From positions 2,852,001 through 2,916,000 of the forward strand of contig NEEC01000002.1 in assembly GCA_002189035.1 (NCBI GenBank): a stretch of DNA of 64,000 nt, written 5' to 3'. Both the position numbers and the translations under genes were made by a program. Below the pieces are notes generated by a model, which was given only the letters and a program-made list of their open reading frames with translations, searched no databases and was not told the DNA's origin. This DNA is from Utricularia gibba (lineage: Eukaryota > Plantae > Magnoliophyta). This document shows positions 25,899 through 39,137 of the stretch, one piece after another. Position 1 is the stretch's first letter, and the number at the start of each line of letters is the position of its first letter.

Positions 25899-26126
25899 CT
25901 AGGTGCTTCCTTCCGATGGTGATTTCAGGCCGCCCGGAGCCCCACCGGCGGCACTCTTCGACCTCACGAGGCTGGGAGTCCGGTGAAGCCTGCATCGAAA
26001 CGAACCTGCATGGGTTGTAGGAGAACAGAGACAGTTGTGTTTGGGAACACTTTCCTGCCGTGCAAGCCCACCACCAGAAGGAATTCCAACCTTGAGTTGC
26101 TTGGTGATCATTGCTTCCGTCCCCAT
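25899..26126 (-). CDS. Small uncharacterised protein (75 aa) of the plant 'serine-rich protein-related' family with a CLCSPTTHAGSFRCRLHR motif
   Basis: The motif CxCSPTTH(A/P)GSFRCRLHR is conserved across plants. ATG at 26126 follows a probable 5'-UTR intron acceptor (tctgtcag). Confidence 0.8.
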   Translation of the reverse strand: MGTEAMITKQLKVGIPSGGGLARQESVPKHNCLCSPTTHAGSFRCRLHRTPSLVRSKSAAGGAPGGLKSPSEGST

Positions 26127-29100
26127 CACTGACAGAACAACTGATAAGATGAAAACACACAAGTATTGTAATATGAAGGAGTTGTGGTGGCTGGGAATAA
26201 ATAGAGTAAGAAAAAGCTGTGACTCTGGTTCAAAGAAGAAGATAAGATAGAGATACCGTGAGGCCTTCATTATCTTGAATCATGGATCCCCACAATTACA
26301 TGAAAAAGAGTCAAAAGACATCGACACTGGTTTGTCTAATCCTGAAAACCGTGCACCATCAAACTTCTCTTAATCTCTTCTACCTCTAAAATGCCAAGTA
26401 CCGTGCAAAAGAAACACATCTATTAACACGCACCAGAAGAAACTTCACCAGGTACATGCTCGTCTATTTAATGCCGATGAGGATGAAGTGAAGTGTGAGG
26501 AGGAAATGAAAGCAACAACTCCTGTTCACGAGTTTGACAATCAAAGTTCTGGTTTCCAGATAGTGTTAATGCGCCAACCACTCAATCTTATCTGCTCATC
26601 CAAAAGAGCCCCATGAATGCAGATATTGCATGGGATAGGAATCTTCCGCTTTTGATTTTCTAAAGAAGGTGTTGCACCACCATGGAAATAGGATTGAGTG
26701 ACTCAGAGTTCATCATCCATGATGCTACCATGTGAAAAGATCTTGGTTGGGAGTCAAAGGAGCCTATCCTTAGGACCTTAACCATGCATACTGCACAAGA
26801 TTTTCAGGCCTCATAATTGAAGCCCACACTAAATAACAAATCAATTTACTGTCTTTATTATCTTTTTAGAAATCTGTTCATTTATCACTATTCCTTAGAA
26901 ACCTACCTTTTCTCTTTTTTTTTTTAGAAAAATATTGTTTCCTATTATTCATTAAATTAAAGACATAATCTGTTAACCAATTTCTATTTAATCACGCAAC
27001 TTCAATAGAATTCAAATAATTATATATAAGTGAAAAATTAAAAATATGGACTTTAATATAACAAGAATTTGTTTTTACAAGATAGCAATAGTTAGGATTT
27101 TTCCGAGCAATTGAACTAAATGTTAGATTTATATTTTAGGAATTGAACAAAAGGAATTACACATTTAAACCCTAAATTAGTACGCAATTCAAGGAGAAAA
27201 TCGAATAATTTTAGTCAAATTATATTATATTCAATAAACTAAATTCCTTTCAATAAAATAATCAAATTTTTATTCATGGATTTGTATTCAATTTAGGATT
27301 TTTCCAATTACTTTCGTTAGGAATCAAGTTTGAATTGAATTAAATATTCATATATTTAATAGCACACAATATGTAATTTTTTTAAAAGATTTCTTAAGGA
27401 TGGATAGATTTCCAGGGAGAGATTTGTTGAGTGGATAGATTTCTAAATTACTCTAATACGGTTTATAAGGGTCTTTTGCGCATATTACATAATGCTTATG
27501 CATGAATTTAATGTAAGTGCCAAATGGAAAACACTAAAATATTAATATAATAGTTGTACCAAACAAACATGTCAAAAATATCTATATTTTTTCTATGTAT
27601 TTTTCTTGTTATGTTTGTTTTTTGTTTTCTACATATATGCTCCAAGTCTAAATAAAGGAGCCAAACATTATTCACATAATTTAACATTGATTATGAACAA
27701 TGAATTCCTTTTTAAGTAAATTTTAGTTTAATTCACTGGATTTTTTTCAATTTCATTAATAAATATATATTGCAAGAAGCTTAAAGATACCTCGTTGGTA
27801 TAATTAAATTGTCAACAAATAGTAGTATAGTAAAATATTGCTTAGGAAGGAAGTGTTCAAGTAAATACTACTAAATGAATAAAGTTCAAACAAGATTTGT
27901 TTAAAAACCAGCCTCATGAAAGCCCCTAAATCTAAGGTGCTTAATGCCTAACAATATAAGATCCAGAAAGGTATCTATACTCTGAAAAGACTTAAGTAGC
28001 ATAATCTTTAATAAGACGTTCTCTATATATAAAAGACTTGAGCATATACTATCTGAAAACATATCACACTTAAGCCATGTTTGATATGCTGGCTTGGGTG
28101 GGTTTGACAATAAACCTACGTATGGTACATGAGTTGCGTACAGGTGAACATAAACTAGTCTAGTATTCATAAATCTAGCTGAAACCCACTTTCATTGTTT
28201 TTCATAATCCGGTGGGAGGGGGGTCAATTTACATAAACACATCTCATGTCTTCCCATTCTGCTCCTTAACCCAATCTCTTTGAAAACAAAATTGCTACAG
28301 ATCTGCTATCGATCTGCTGAACATGACTTTATGAGCTGGATAATTGTGCGGTGTTTGCCTTCAAAAAATTGGGAGCCAGCGTCTAGTACCTGCTACATTT
28401 TTTGGATGCTCTCATTCATGATCCAATCCTCATTTCTGGTTGCTATCCTTGGTACATTTTTTTATCTACTATTTGTTTTTGGTATAAATAAGGAGCACTC
28501 GATCTGGAAGTACTATACGGTTATTGTTTAAACACTCATTATTTGTATATTTTTTCTAGACATTGTTTGGAACACCTACATTCGAACTAACTCACGTGGC
28601 AACCATCTATACAGCACCCTAGTAGACTGTTGTAATGCTCGATATTAAATAAACATTGCGTTTACAGTACATATGGAATGTGTTGCACAATCAAATTATT
28701 ACAATATTTGTATTTTATATGAAAGGTATATTTGTTATTTTATACATAAAATCTTCAAATACCTAATTTTTATTCCTCATATCAAATGCATGTTCACGTA
28801 TAACTCAAATAAATTATTACTATCAACCAAACAAAAATTATCTTTTAAATCAAAAAAAATGTGTTTATTTAAACTCAAATAAAATAAGTATAATTTAAAC
28901 TCTAACCCATGTATCAAACACATCCTTAAATCATACGCTCAAGCACTTAATATTTAGAACGACCTCACACATGAAACACTCATATGGAAATCAAGACACG
29001 AGCAACTCTAGGAGCAAAGAGACTGAATCGACTTCATAGGGAATTGAGAGAGAAAGACTTATAAAAAGCGACAGTGTTCGGATAATTGATAAGGTTCATC

Positions 29101-29399
29101 TAGATGGATACAATTTTTAAGACTAAATAGGGGGCCACAATTATAAAGAGCTAGAACAAGGGACATCATTAAATACCCAATAAATATCTTGACACATAAA
29201 ATGAGTATGAGTAAACCTTGAAAAGATTAATAGTGATAACTCATGAGATAAAAATAAATAATTTATATGAAAATATATTTTTCTAAAAGATAAGATATAT
29301 ATAATATTCTCTATATAAAATAAGATTTTTTTTCATATTTAGGATTTCTAGAATATTAAAAGATCTTCATAAATATCTATAAAAAGATATTGAGTCCAC

Positions 29400-29431
<32 letters not shown>

Positions 29432-29619
29432 CTCTCTCCGTCGCTTGAAGGTACCTTGAGACCAATAGAGTTTTTGGAGTTTCCAACAAAAGATTATTGT
29501 AGCCACAAACATCTCTTCCATCCCTATTATTTATCAAAATGACATAATTGATCATCAAATTATTAATATTCATCTTCATTATTTCATAATCAAATAATAT
29601 ATATCATCAATATTTAAAA

Positions 29620-29960
29620 ATAGAGCAAACTTGATCTCAATTGTTAATCAGTTGGCATTTTTGGTCCCCATCATAACTGCGGCAGAAATAGTTACCATTA
29701 CATTTCAAAATGATAAAATTAATCCCCATAATTAAATACTAATTTTTCCCCAAATTTGATTTGTCTACCGTTGACCGTTGGCGACGGTGGCATTCACCGG
29801 CGGTCGACACCCGCCTCAGTACTAGACTGCTCGCCCGAGCACCATCGCCAACGGTGAATGCAACCGCCTGACGTCTTGGTCGTACCAGATCTGAGGAGCC
29901 GTTATTGGGCCTTCGCCGCCAGAGCGCCGCATCAAGCGACCAGCAGCCGCTGGCCCTTAG
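29620..29960. mobile_element. Mutator-like terminal/subterminal remnant with internal hairpins
   Basis: ccgttggcgacggtg (29775) pairs with caccatcgccaacgg (29840), and gcattcaccg pairs with cggtgaatgc; abrupt AT-to-GC transition. Confidence 0.35.
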
Positions 29961-31302
29961 CTTTCAGTAGAAGAAAATATTGATATATTTAACCTGAGAA
30001 ATCTAATTTAAAAGATACATCAAAGAGATAGGGAGTAGAAGAGCCTCGGGTAGACTTGCATTCTCTTACGGTAATTAGTCTCTCCAAAGGGTTAGAACAT
30101 CTTTAATGCTTTTCAGAAATATTGACTTGGAGAATCGCAAAATTCTCGGTGCCTTTGTTAGAATCGTTTCCATGGAAATGAGATTTATTCCTTTCCACTT
30201 AACTTTCATTAAACTAAGAATTTTCTCAAGATTAATATACGTTTTCGAAAAATCATATCAATATTTCTGAAAATGTTTAAAGTTAGTAGTGAGTATACTA
30301 TTCTTGGAACTTCAAGATTTGCTTCAATTGAGGCGTTTTCACCTTTAATCCGAAGCTTCATCCTTTCCATCACGAGAACGTGCGTACGTACGATCGCCTA
30401 GTGAGCTTGCTTTTCCTGGTCTCCGTACCCTAGAGTATATTCATGGATCTTGCGTTCCTGAACCCTAAATTCGTACAATTTTATTTCACGGCCTACGACT
30501 TGGCCTACGATGCAGCAGAGTCAACCCAAGGAACATAAAGTGATTACAAATTCCCATTGAAAAAAAAATAAAAATCACCACTGAGGCACGACGACACAAA
30601 CGCCCCATTCAAAATGCGACTCGGCGGCACCGCATCAATGGCCCCTTGAAACAAAAACCATATAAACTTTATTAGCAATGATAATAATCATGCTTTTAGT
30701 GGGTTAATAAAGTACCTATATAACTATTTCAATAACATTTATCAAAATATTTTAATTTTCTTAATCAAATAAGTTCTTGTTTGTTATTTTCAATTTATCT
30801 AAGGATAAATAAATTAAATATATTATTAATTAAATTATTTCATTATTTAATTTCTAGTGTTTTACAACTTAATCTTTTGATTTAAAAATTCAAATAATAG
30901 AAAAAATCATTGCATAGGTTAGTGGGCACCCGTCATGGAGCATATTCTATTTGTAGGGTGCCGGTCAAGTCTACCGTGAATCATATTTAAAAAATGATAG
31001 CGTGTGATTACCAAAAGGGCGCATTGAATCAAGATACCGTACTATTGAGCTGCGTGTCCGGGCCGACACCGCAAGTCAACCTGCAAAGATGCAGTTTAGA
31101 ATTAGAATCTGAATCGTTTGATTCTTCAGACGCTTGAGAGCTCCATCCCTCCCGTTCCTGCGACTCGGCGACACCTCTGCGCTCTCGCCGTATCCCTTCG
31201 TTTCCCACAAAAGGCTTTTTATCGCTTGCTGCTCCTCCCATCTCCGCCCTGTATAAATCTTGCTCTACTCCAATTCCAAACCCTGAAGTAGAACCAGAAA
31301 GC

Positions 31303-32929
31303 ATGGAGGAGAAGAACTTCGCCATAGCGGTGGACTCGGAGCACAAATCGACTGAGTTCCGGATATACTCATTCGCCGCTCCTCACATGCGTACATTTCA
31401 ACTCTCGTGGATCTCCTTCTTCGCGTGCTTTGTCTCTACCTTCGCGGCCCCTCCCCTGCTGCCCATCATCCGCGACAATCTGAGTCTCACTGCTAGCGAC
31501 ATCGGGAACGCCGGAATCGCATCGGTTTCCGGTGTGATCCTCGCCCGTCTTGTGATCGGAACCGCGTGCGATCTTTTTGGGCCGAGATTAGCCACCTCGA
31601 TCATCATGCTGCTCACCGCACCGGCGGTGTTTTGCTTCGCCGTCGTTGACTCCGCGGATACGTTTCTCATAGTTCGCTTCTTTGCGGGGTTCTCCTTGGG
31701 GACTTTCGTGTGCACCCAGTTCTGGATGAGCTCGATGTTCTCCCCGAAAGTCGTTGGAACCGCGAACGGATTCTCCGGCGGCTGGGGGAATCTCGGCGGT
31801 GGAGCTACGCAGCTTATAATGCCTCTAGTGTTCGATCTCATACGCCAGATCGGCGCGACCAAATTCATGGCATGGAGAATTGCTTTCTTCATACCGGGGC
31901 TCTTTCAGATGATCATGGCGTACGCAGTTTTCTTCTTCGGTCAAGATTTGCCGGACGGGAACTATGGGGAGGTTCATAGATCTGGGTCTAAACACAAGGA
32001 CAACTTCTTTCAGGTAGACTAACTTGTAAGAAAGCAGGTAGGCCATCCATCATCCATGTAACTCAATTTCTAACACAACTCCTCAATTTTACAACAGGTC
32101 CTTCGTCACGCAGTTGGAAATTACAGAGGGTGGATACTGTCGATAACTTATGGGTACTGCTTCGGGGTTGAGCTCACAATCGACAACATCATAGCACAGT
32201 ATTTCTACGATCGCTTCCATCTGAATCTTTCAACCTCTGGAATCATCGCCGCCAGTTTCGGGCTAGCGAATGTGTTTTCCCGGCCCGGTGGCGGTGTGCT
32301 GTCGGATGTAGTATCGAGGAAGCTAGGAATGAGAGGCAGGTTGTGGACTCTGTGGATAGTACAAACATTAGGAGGATTATTTTGTATTCTACTGGGAAAG
32401 GTCGGATCTTTAGGCGCATCAGTAGCCATTCTTCTCGTCTTCTCAATTTTCGTGCAGGCTGCTTGTGGCCTCACATATGGGATCGTCCCTTTCGTTTCTA
32501 GAAGGTCTGGGCCCTCAATTGTTTTCACACAGTGTTCAACGTCGTAACTGACGGGTTGACTGTACCTACAGGTCGCTCGGAATCATCTCCGGCATGACGG
32601 GCGCCGGAGGAAGCTTAGGAGCAGTGCTAACGCAGGTGATCTTCTTCAGAGGATCACACTATTCTACAGAGACGGGGATAACGTTGATGGGGATCATGAT
32701 CGTATGCTGCACGATCTTGATCATTATCATATACTTCCCACCCTGGGGAGGTATGTTTTGCCCGCCGGCCAAATCCGCGACGGAGGAAGACTACTACTTG
32801 TCGGAATGGAGCCCGGAGGAGAAGGAAAAAGGTTTCCACGCTGCAAGCGTGAGGTTCTCCGAGAACAGCCGGAGCGAGCGAGGTCCCCGGGTCGGACCGG
32901 ACCCGTCTTCAAATGGAGCGACTCCATGA
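31303..32929 (+). CDS. NRT2.5: High-affinity nitrate transporter NRT2.5-like (exons 31303-32013, 32098-32504, 32572-32929)
   Basis: [43 protein letters not shown] (nitrate signature), [13 protein letters not shown] and EEDYYLSEW; in-frame splicing. Confidence 0.9.
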
Positions 32930-34200
32930 GTTTCAAGTGAGTGTGATGTCACTCAGGACAGCTAGTGTAATACAAGAACCTGTGTTTTGTGGTTGATGTG
33001 TGTTTAGGTATTTAAACATGCATGTTTTGTAAACACATGAAAATAATTATAATAAAATATTTAAAAACCCATCTTCTATATGATTTGTCTTTTATTTTTA
33101 TTTTAAAATTTTAAATAATTAAAAATAATTATATAAATTGATATTTAATATTAATTATTATAAAATATATATTCTAAATAAGTCTATCAAATATAAAATT
33201 ATTTCAAACACACATATATAACATATGTTATACATATCAAATAAACTTTATATTTTAATAATCTAATATGTGTTTATTTAAATATGATTAACTTAATATA
33301 TCAACAATTAAACTATACCTATTAAACATGAGTGATTCGCAAAATGCATATGTTTAAATAATTAAACATGTCACAATAGCATCACATCACAGATTTTGAA
33401 AAAAATATCAATCATAAGTGTGAAACCGCTCAGAAAACGAAACTTTCATGAAATTCAAAGCGTTTACATTATCACATAATGGTGCAATGCGGTTACAGAA
33501 GCTCTCGGCGTTCAGCTGACCATCCGCAAATCAATTCCGGCACTGGAAAACATCGCCGCCGCCGTGCGGATGATGGCGTTAAAGAGAACTGGGGAGTCCA
33601 ATGCGAATTGGAATCAACTAGCTCATTCGTTACTCGTAATAGATCAAATATGGTATGGGCCAATATACCCATGTCAAAAGCCCAATAATTTGTTCTAATT
33701 GGCCAACCCAAGCTCAACATGATTTTTTTTCTATGATTAACAAATCGGACACGAATTTTGATATAATTGAATAAATAAATAAAATAGTTTTAAATTTGCC
33801 CAGCGGATCTTAGTGGATGATAACGGAAAAGGACAAACGTGGGGCCCATTCGCCATAACTTGAACTGAGTGCACATAAATTACAAAAATTAAAAAACAAA
33901 AGGATTAATTGGCTAACCGACAATCCCTTTGACTTCCAAACGTATATTTACACATTTTAATTCATTATGTATTTTAATTATAATATGTCACATGTTTAAA
34001 ATTGAAAATATATTTTTATATAGGTTTTAAATATATATACATTAAGATAATATTATATTAAATAGATTTGTTGAAATTGTTTGTTAATTATCTCATAACT
34101 AAAAAAATATATGATTTTTAATAATAAAAAAGTAGCTTACACAATCATGTTAAATTATGGATCATCTTGAAGATGTTATTCACAGAGACCTCAAATTGTA

Positions 34201-35982
34201 TCAAAAGAAATGCCCTGGGAAATCACCCGCTGCAAGCTGCATGAGATCGGAGGGCTTCCAGTGTCTCTTCCTCTGGTTTATAAACCAGTTACTGATCTGC
34301 TTCTGATCCAGCCCCGTCGTCTCCGCTAGAAATGCCTTATCGGCTTCCTGCAAAAACCATCTCAAATCAGCATTAAGAAGCAAAGTGATGCTGTTTGGTA
34401 TGGGCATTTTATTACAGTGGGATAGGGCCATTTGCGGTGAAGATTCCACCATAGGAGAAGCGTTTCGGTTGCCTCCTTGGGGAGCTTCCCTCCCTTCTTC
34501 TTCCTGGAGAAGGCTTGTTTCAGACTGCCGATGTCGCCGCCGTATCGACGTCGGAGAGACTGCTTCACCTCCTCATCGTTGCTTTTCAGTTCCTCGGAGG
34601 AGGACGCTGTACCCAATTACAGAATTCAGTTGTAAAACACAACCCCCACAAAAAAAAGTCCATGTTGTGAATGGATCCTTGTCAGTTGCATTTGGCTCCA
34701 TCTTCGCCCCGAGTTAAGAAAAACAAAACAAACACATGGGGGGGTCTCTTCGGTCCTCGTGTCTACTTGAACACAGGAGCAGATAATTATGAAGAGTAAA
34801 GGAAGAGGTCTAGAGAAGGGACAAGAAGCTAATGCAGACAAACTGTGTACGGGTGCGGGGCACAGGATCAGCGCAAATCTAGGGCTGTCCACGTGAACGA
34901 ACCGAACCATTGGCAATAACATTCACTCTTTTGTCCTAATTTCAACGCAAAAAAAAAAAAAAAACGAATATTTTAAAGTAAAAAAAAATAAGAATCCCAC
35001 TTGTCCTAATCTGCCCGTACACTACATAGACATCGAACCCTAGCACTCAAATGGAAGTTTATCGTAGAACACATTTCAACATGTGAAAATGAAGCAAAGA
35101 ATCAAATTGCGAAGCAGAAGCATGCACAGATTTATTGGTTAAGTCAGTGACTGATTATGCCTCTCTTTTTCCGGTGTAATCAACTGTTCAAAGGGACTGT
35201 GGCTACACTTTCCTTCCGAATACCTGAACCAGTAAGCTACTGCACTTATATTAGGATTTGGAACCAAGGTTTGGACATACAGAACATCCTATGGAATTAA
35301 CACTCCACGGACAGAGATCTTGGAGTTGTAGAGTTTCATCGTGACCCGTGGGTGCAATGAAAACCTGATATTACGGTAGCTGAAGAAGCCGAATTTTTAC
35401 CTTCACACAGACTGCGAAGCTGGGTTTCGATTTTGTTGAGGAAGGAAGCTGCTTCATCCAAGGGTTGAGATAATCCTGTCTTCAGTTCCACTAACATGCT
35501 GCAATAAGCTTCCTTCATAGAAAAAAAATGGTGAAACTTTACATTTTTATATAATTCACGTAAAATAATCCGAACCATGAACTCATCGAGCTCTGGATCC
35601 GTTCCCAAGTGAATCCCAGATGCAAAGTTAACACTTTCTCCCTGGACTTCTTCTAGAAGGCATGCCATCTCCACCGGGGCTCCGACCTGTTGCTCCGATT
35701 TCAGTATGATTCGAATAGGGAGCAATCTGGAAACCAGAGGGAAACAGGCGCCTTATCTTACCTTCTGGCAATCGATGTGAGCATGGAGCAGCTTTGTGTA
35801 ACGAGGGTGTGAAGCGATCTTTGCCTTTATCATCTGATGATCGTCGGCGTCTATGGAAACGTACTGAATCTGAGCCGCCTCCGCCGCCGGAACCTGTAGA
35901 TCCTCCGGGAAGAGGAAACACGATTTGTCATCGGAGTAATAGCTTTCCCGTTTCCCGAAATCATCCCATAGATTCCTTCCAT
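34201..35982 (-). CDS. Class I KNOX homeobox, KNAT2/KNAT6-like, 5 exons; apparent -1 frameshift near the N-terminus (alternative in-frame ATG at 36034)
   Basis: KNOX1 ([28 protein letters not shown]), KNOX2 ([17 protein letters not shown]), ELK and TALE homeodomain ([16 protein letters not shown]...[14 protein letters not shown]). Confidence 0.9.
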
Positions 35983-36497
35983 TTGGTGGAATTTGGCAAG
36001 AAGAAGAAGAAGAGCATATCAAACAAATATCCATTTTTTAAACATGAGCAGAAAAGAAATTTTTCTAAAACAAAACAAAAACAAATAATGTAAGTAATTG
36101 CATATTATTTTTTAGCCCCCCAAAAAGTTGTAATTACAAATTACACGGTTTCCAAGTAGGAACAACTGCAACTATTCTCATAAATTACTATTTGGGCCCC
36201 TTTTTTGCACCAAAAGATAAGTGGAGGGACATGCAGATCCAAAAGAAAGTTGATTGATTTGATGTCTTTGTCAGTTAAAGCTGTCTGCCGGATGCCTATT
36301 TGGGCCTTAATTGGGCTTTAGTTTTGGGCCTTTATCTGTTTTCTTATTAAAATTAATTCAAAATTATCTGGAATTGATTTATTAACACAAAACACTTTGA
36401 AGTCGTCCCTGCCGAGCTTCTCCCTCTGCCTCGAAGTCCGTTTGAAATCGCTAGTATTACATATCCCCGGTAACCGTCACCATCTTCCTCGCCGGTG

Positions 36498-39137
36498 TCA
36501 TCTAGGGCCGGAGAGTTCCATGGCTTCCACAACGTGCAAGGACTCCTCAACGTAATCTGGATACACCAGAGGTGGCGGCTCTGAGGAATCAGAAATCCTT
36601 GCTTCCATCTCGATCGGTTTGTCCCACCGCTCCGGGAACCCGTCGCCTTCCAGCATCCTCAATGCCTCCGACATCGTCGGACGATTCGACGGATTCGCCT
36701 GTGTACAGAGCAGCGCCACCCTAGCCATCCGCTCTAACTCCGTCACGTCGAACTCGTTCATCAAGCTTGAGTCCACCATCATCCCCAGTTGCCCCTCGTC
36801 GTGAAGCTTCTTGACCTAAGCGAGTCACGAATGGTATCATTGTTTGTGGAATTGAATACTCTGAAATAGTGGCAGGAGCCACGTACCAAGTCGAGTACCG
36901 CGCCTTTGTGATTGGCCTGGCGAACGAATTCGACGGCTTTTTGGCCGGTGATCAGCTCCAGAAGCAGTATTCCGAAACCGTAAACGTCTGTCTTTTCCGA
37001 TGATTGGCCGGTGGATAGGTACTCCGGCGCAATGTGGCCGACCGTGCCACGGACGGCGGTCGTTACATGGGTGTCTCGATGATCCAGGAGCTTAGCGAGC
37101 CCGAAATCACCCACAACTGCTTCAAACTCCTCATCCAGCAGTATGTTGGCTGCTTTCACGTCGCGGTGAATGACCTTTGGATCGCATTGCTCGTGCAAGT
37201 ATGATAAGCCTCTGGCCGTCCCTACGGCGATCCGCTTCCGCCTCGACCACCCCAGAACCGGGCGCCCGTCTGCGTGATCTGAAACATCCAAGGATTCAGA
37301 TTGAAGGTGTGGTGGCAAAAAGGGGTGCAAAAAAAGATGATACCTTTCAGTCTTGAAGCAACGCTTCCGTTAGGCATGTAAGGATACACAAGGATTCGCT
37401 CGTTTTCGGCGGAGCAGAATCCCCACAAGCGGAGAAGATTTCTGTGGACTGCTAAGCTGATGAGCTTCACTTCTGTTTGAAACTGGATCTCGCTGCCAAT
37501 TGCATTGTAATCATTCAAACATTTCACGGCGACGACTTGGCCACCGCTTAGTCGACCTTTGTAGACGACCCCTGAGCCTCCTCTTCCCAAGATGTTCTTG
37601 GGGTTGAAGTTGTCAGTTGCTGCTTTAAGTTCCCTGAACGCGAACTTCTTTACATGCCCCAAGTTCATGTCGAAATCAAGGTGATCTGCAATGAAATGGC
37701 GCCGCTTTGTAAGGATAGATCGAAGACCAGAGGCAAGTTAGGTGTACAGTGTTCGTCATCTGATTCACAGCACGGACCATTGAGCACGAACGAAATCTGC
37801 TTATTGGGTCTGTGTCTCCACCAAATCGCGAAGCAAACGAGCAAAATGATCACGACCCCGAAACCCGAACTCACCGCCGCAGCTACGATGAGCTGATGCC
37901 TACCTCCCGATTCTGAAAAACCGCAACGGAATGGTGGAATCATCGGTATATGATCTAGTGGAAGAGCAGAGCATGAGGCCTTACTTACTTGATGGTAAAG
38001 CAGGGGCAGATAGCTGGTTTGTGTTTGCAGTGAAGCAGCTGTTTTGCTCATCTTGCCCGCAAATCAAGGGATTCCCATCTATTCTGAAACCAGATGAGAC
38101 CACAACTGATACAAACAGTGCAGAATCATGGCCGCCATTAAAACGATAAGAAAGAAGAAGCTTACTTACATGAATGTTCTAGCATATACACTAGGAACAG
38201 GGCCACTGAGATCATTGAAGGAAAGGTCCCTACATGAGATTCTAGCACTATCAGTCACTGGTTTCCTCGAATACACCTACGTTCCTCGATACGGGACTTA
38301 CAGTAAGGACAGGCTTCTCATATTGGAAAGGGATGCCGGAATACTACCAGAGAGGCTGTTGTTGTTGAGCCGCCTGTTCAAAAGAATGAGACGCAGGACT
38401 CAAAATGGGAAGTAGCAATGGTAAAAGCAGAGTTGCAGAGGCATACAGATAATTCAAGTTCATGAGGGATCCTATAGAATAGGGAATTTCTCCTGTCAGC
38501 TGGTTGTTGGAGAGGTCTAATGTCTGAAGCTTTTCCAGCTTGCCGAAAACATCGGGGATCGGCCCACTTATATCGTTGTTTTGGAGCAATCTTCGATGAA
38601 TGCAAGAGGGATTTCAGCTAAAAGAACGAAGAAAAACCATTGAAGACGAAAGCATTTTATCTACTCACACTGATTGCAAGTTGGTAAGGTTCCCTATTCC
38701 AGGTGACAGTGATCCAGACAAGCTCAGACTAGGCACTTCTCTGGTAAGAATAGCGCCCATTAAACCAAAAAATACGCAACCTGATATGAAAAAAGAAAAG
38801 AAACTCTTACAGTGAATAGACATAGCCGTCTGGATTGCAAGTAATCATCCTCCAACTACAAGGATCGACGGAGTTAACATCCCAGCTCTCCATAGAGTTG
38901 TAAGGGTCGTAAAGCTCTCGCTTAATCGAAATCAAAGCCACAACTGCAGGCAACTGAAGTATTTCACTATTTCAAGATCATTACAGAACAGGGGATTCAG
39001 AGTTTACCTTCATAATTCACACCCGAAGGAGATAAGGATGAAAAACAGCCTCTGAACAATGTGAAGAGCATGAACCCCATCATCATCAAAACCGGAAAAC
39101 TTCTTACACTTCTTGCTCCCATCTTCCAAACTTCCAT
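36498..39137 (-). CDS. NIK3: LRR-II receptor-like kinase, NIK3/CIK-like, 11 exons, intact
   Basis: LSPSGVNYE...[12 protein letters not shown], 72/144-nt LRR exons, [44 protein letters not shown] and a C-terminal EAMELSGPR*. Confidence 0.9.

Noticed and set aside
26607-26640. Short hairpin cccatgaatgca...tgcatggg as a miRNA precursor
   Set aside because: Stem far too short; no match to conserved miRNA sequences I know
27901-30500. Retroelement- or gene-like scraps between the small protein and NRT2.5
   Set aside because: No LTR ends, TSD or diagnostic motif could be fixed
30639-30665. Nitrate-responsive element upstream of NRT2.5
   Set aside because: Only a half-site-like TGGCCCCTT; the second half of the NRE consensus is absent
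31398-31892. Long antisense ORFs over NRT2.5, BAHD and PPR
   Set aside because: Expected by-product of GC-rich coding sequence; no independent features
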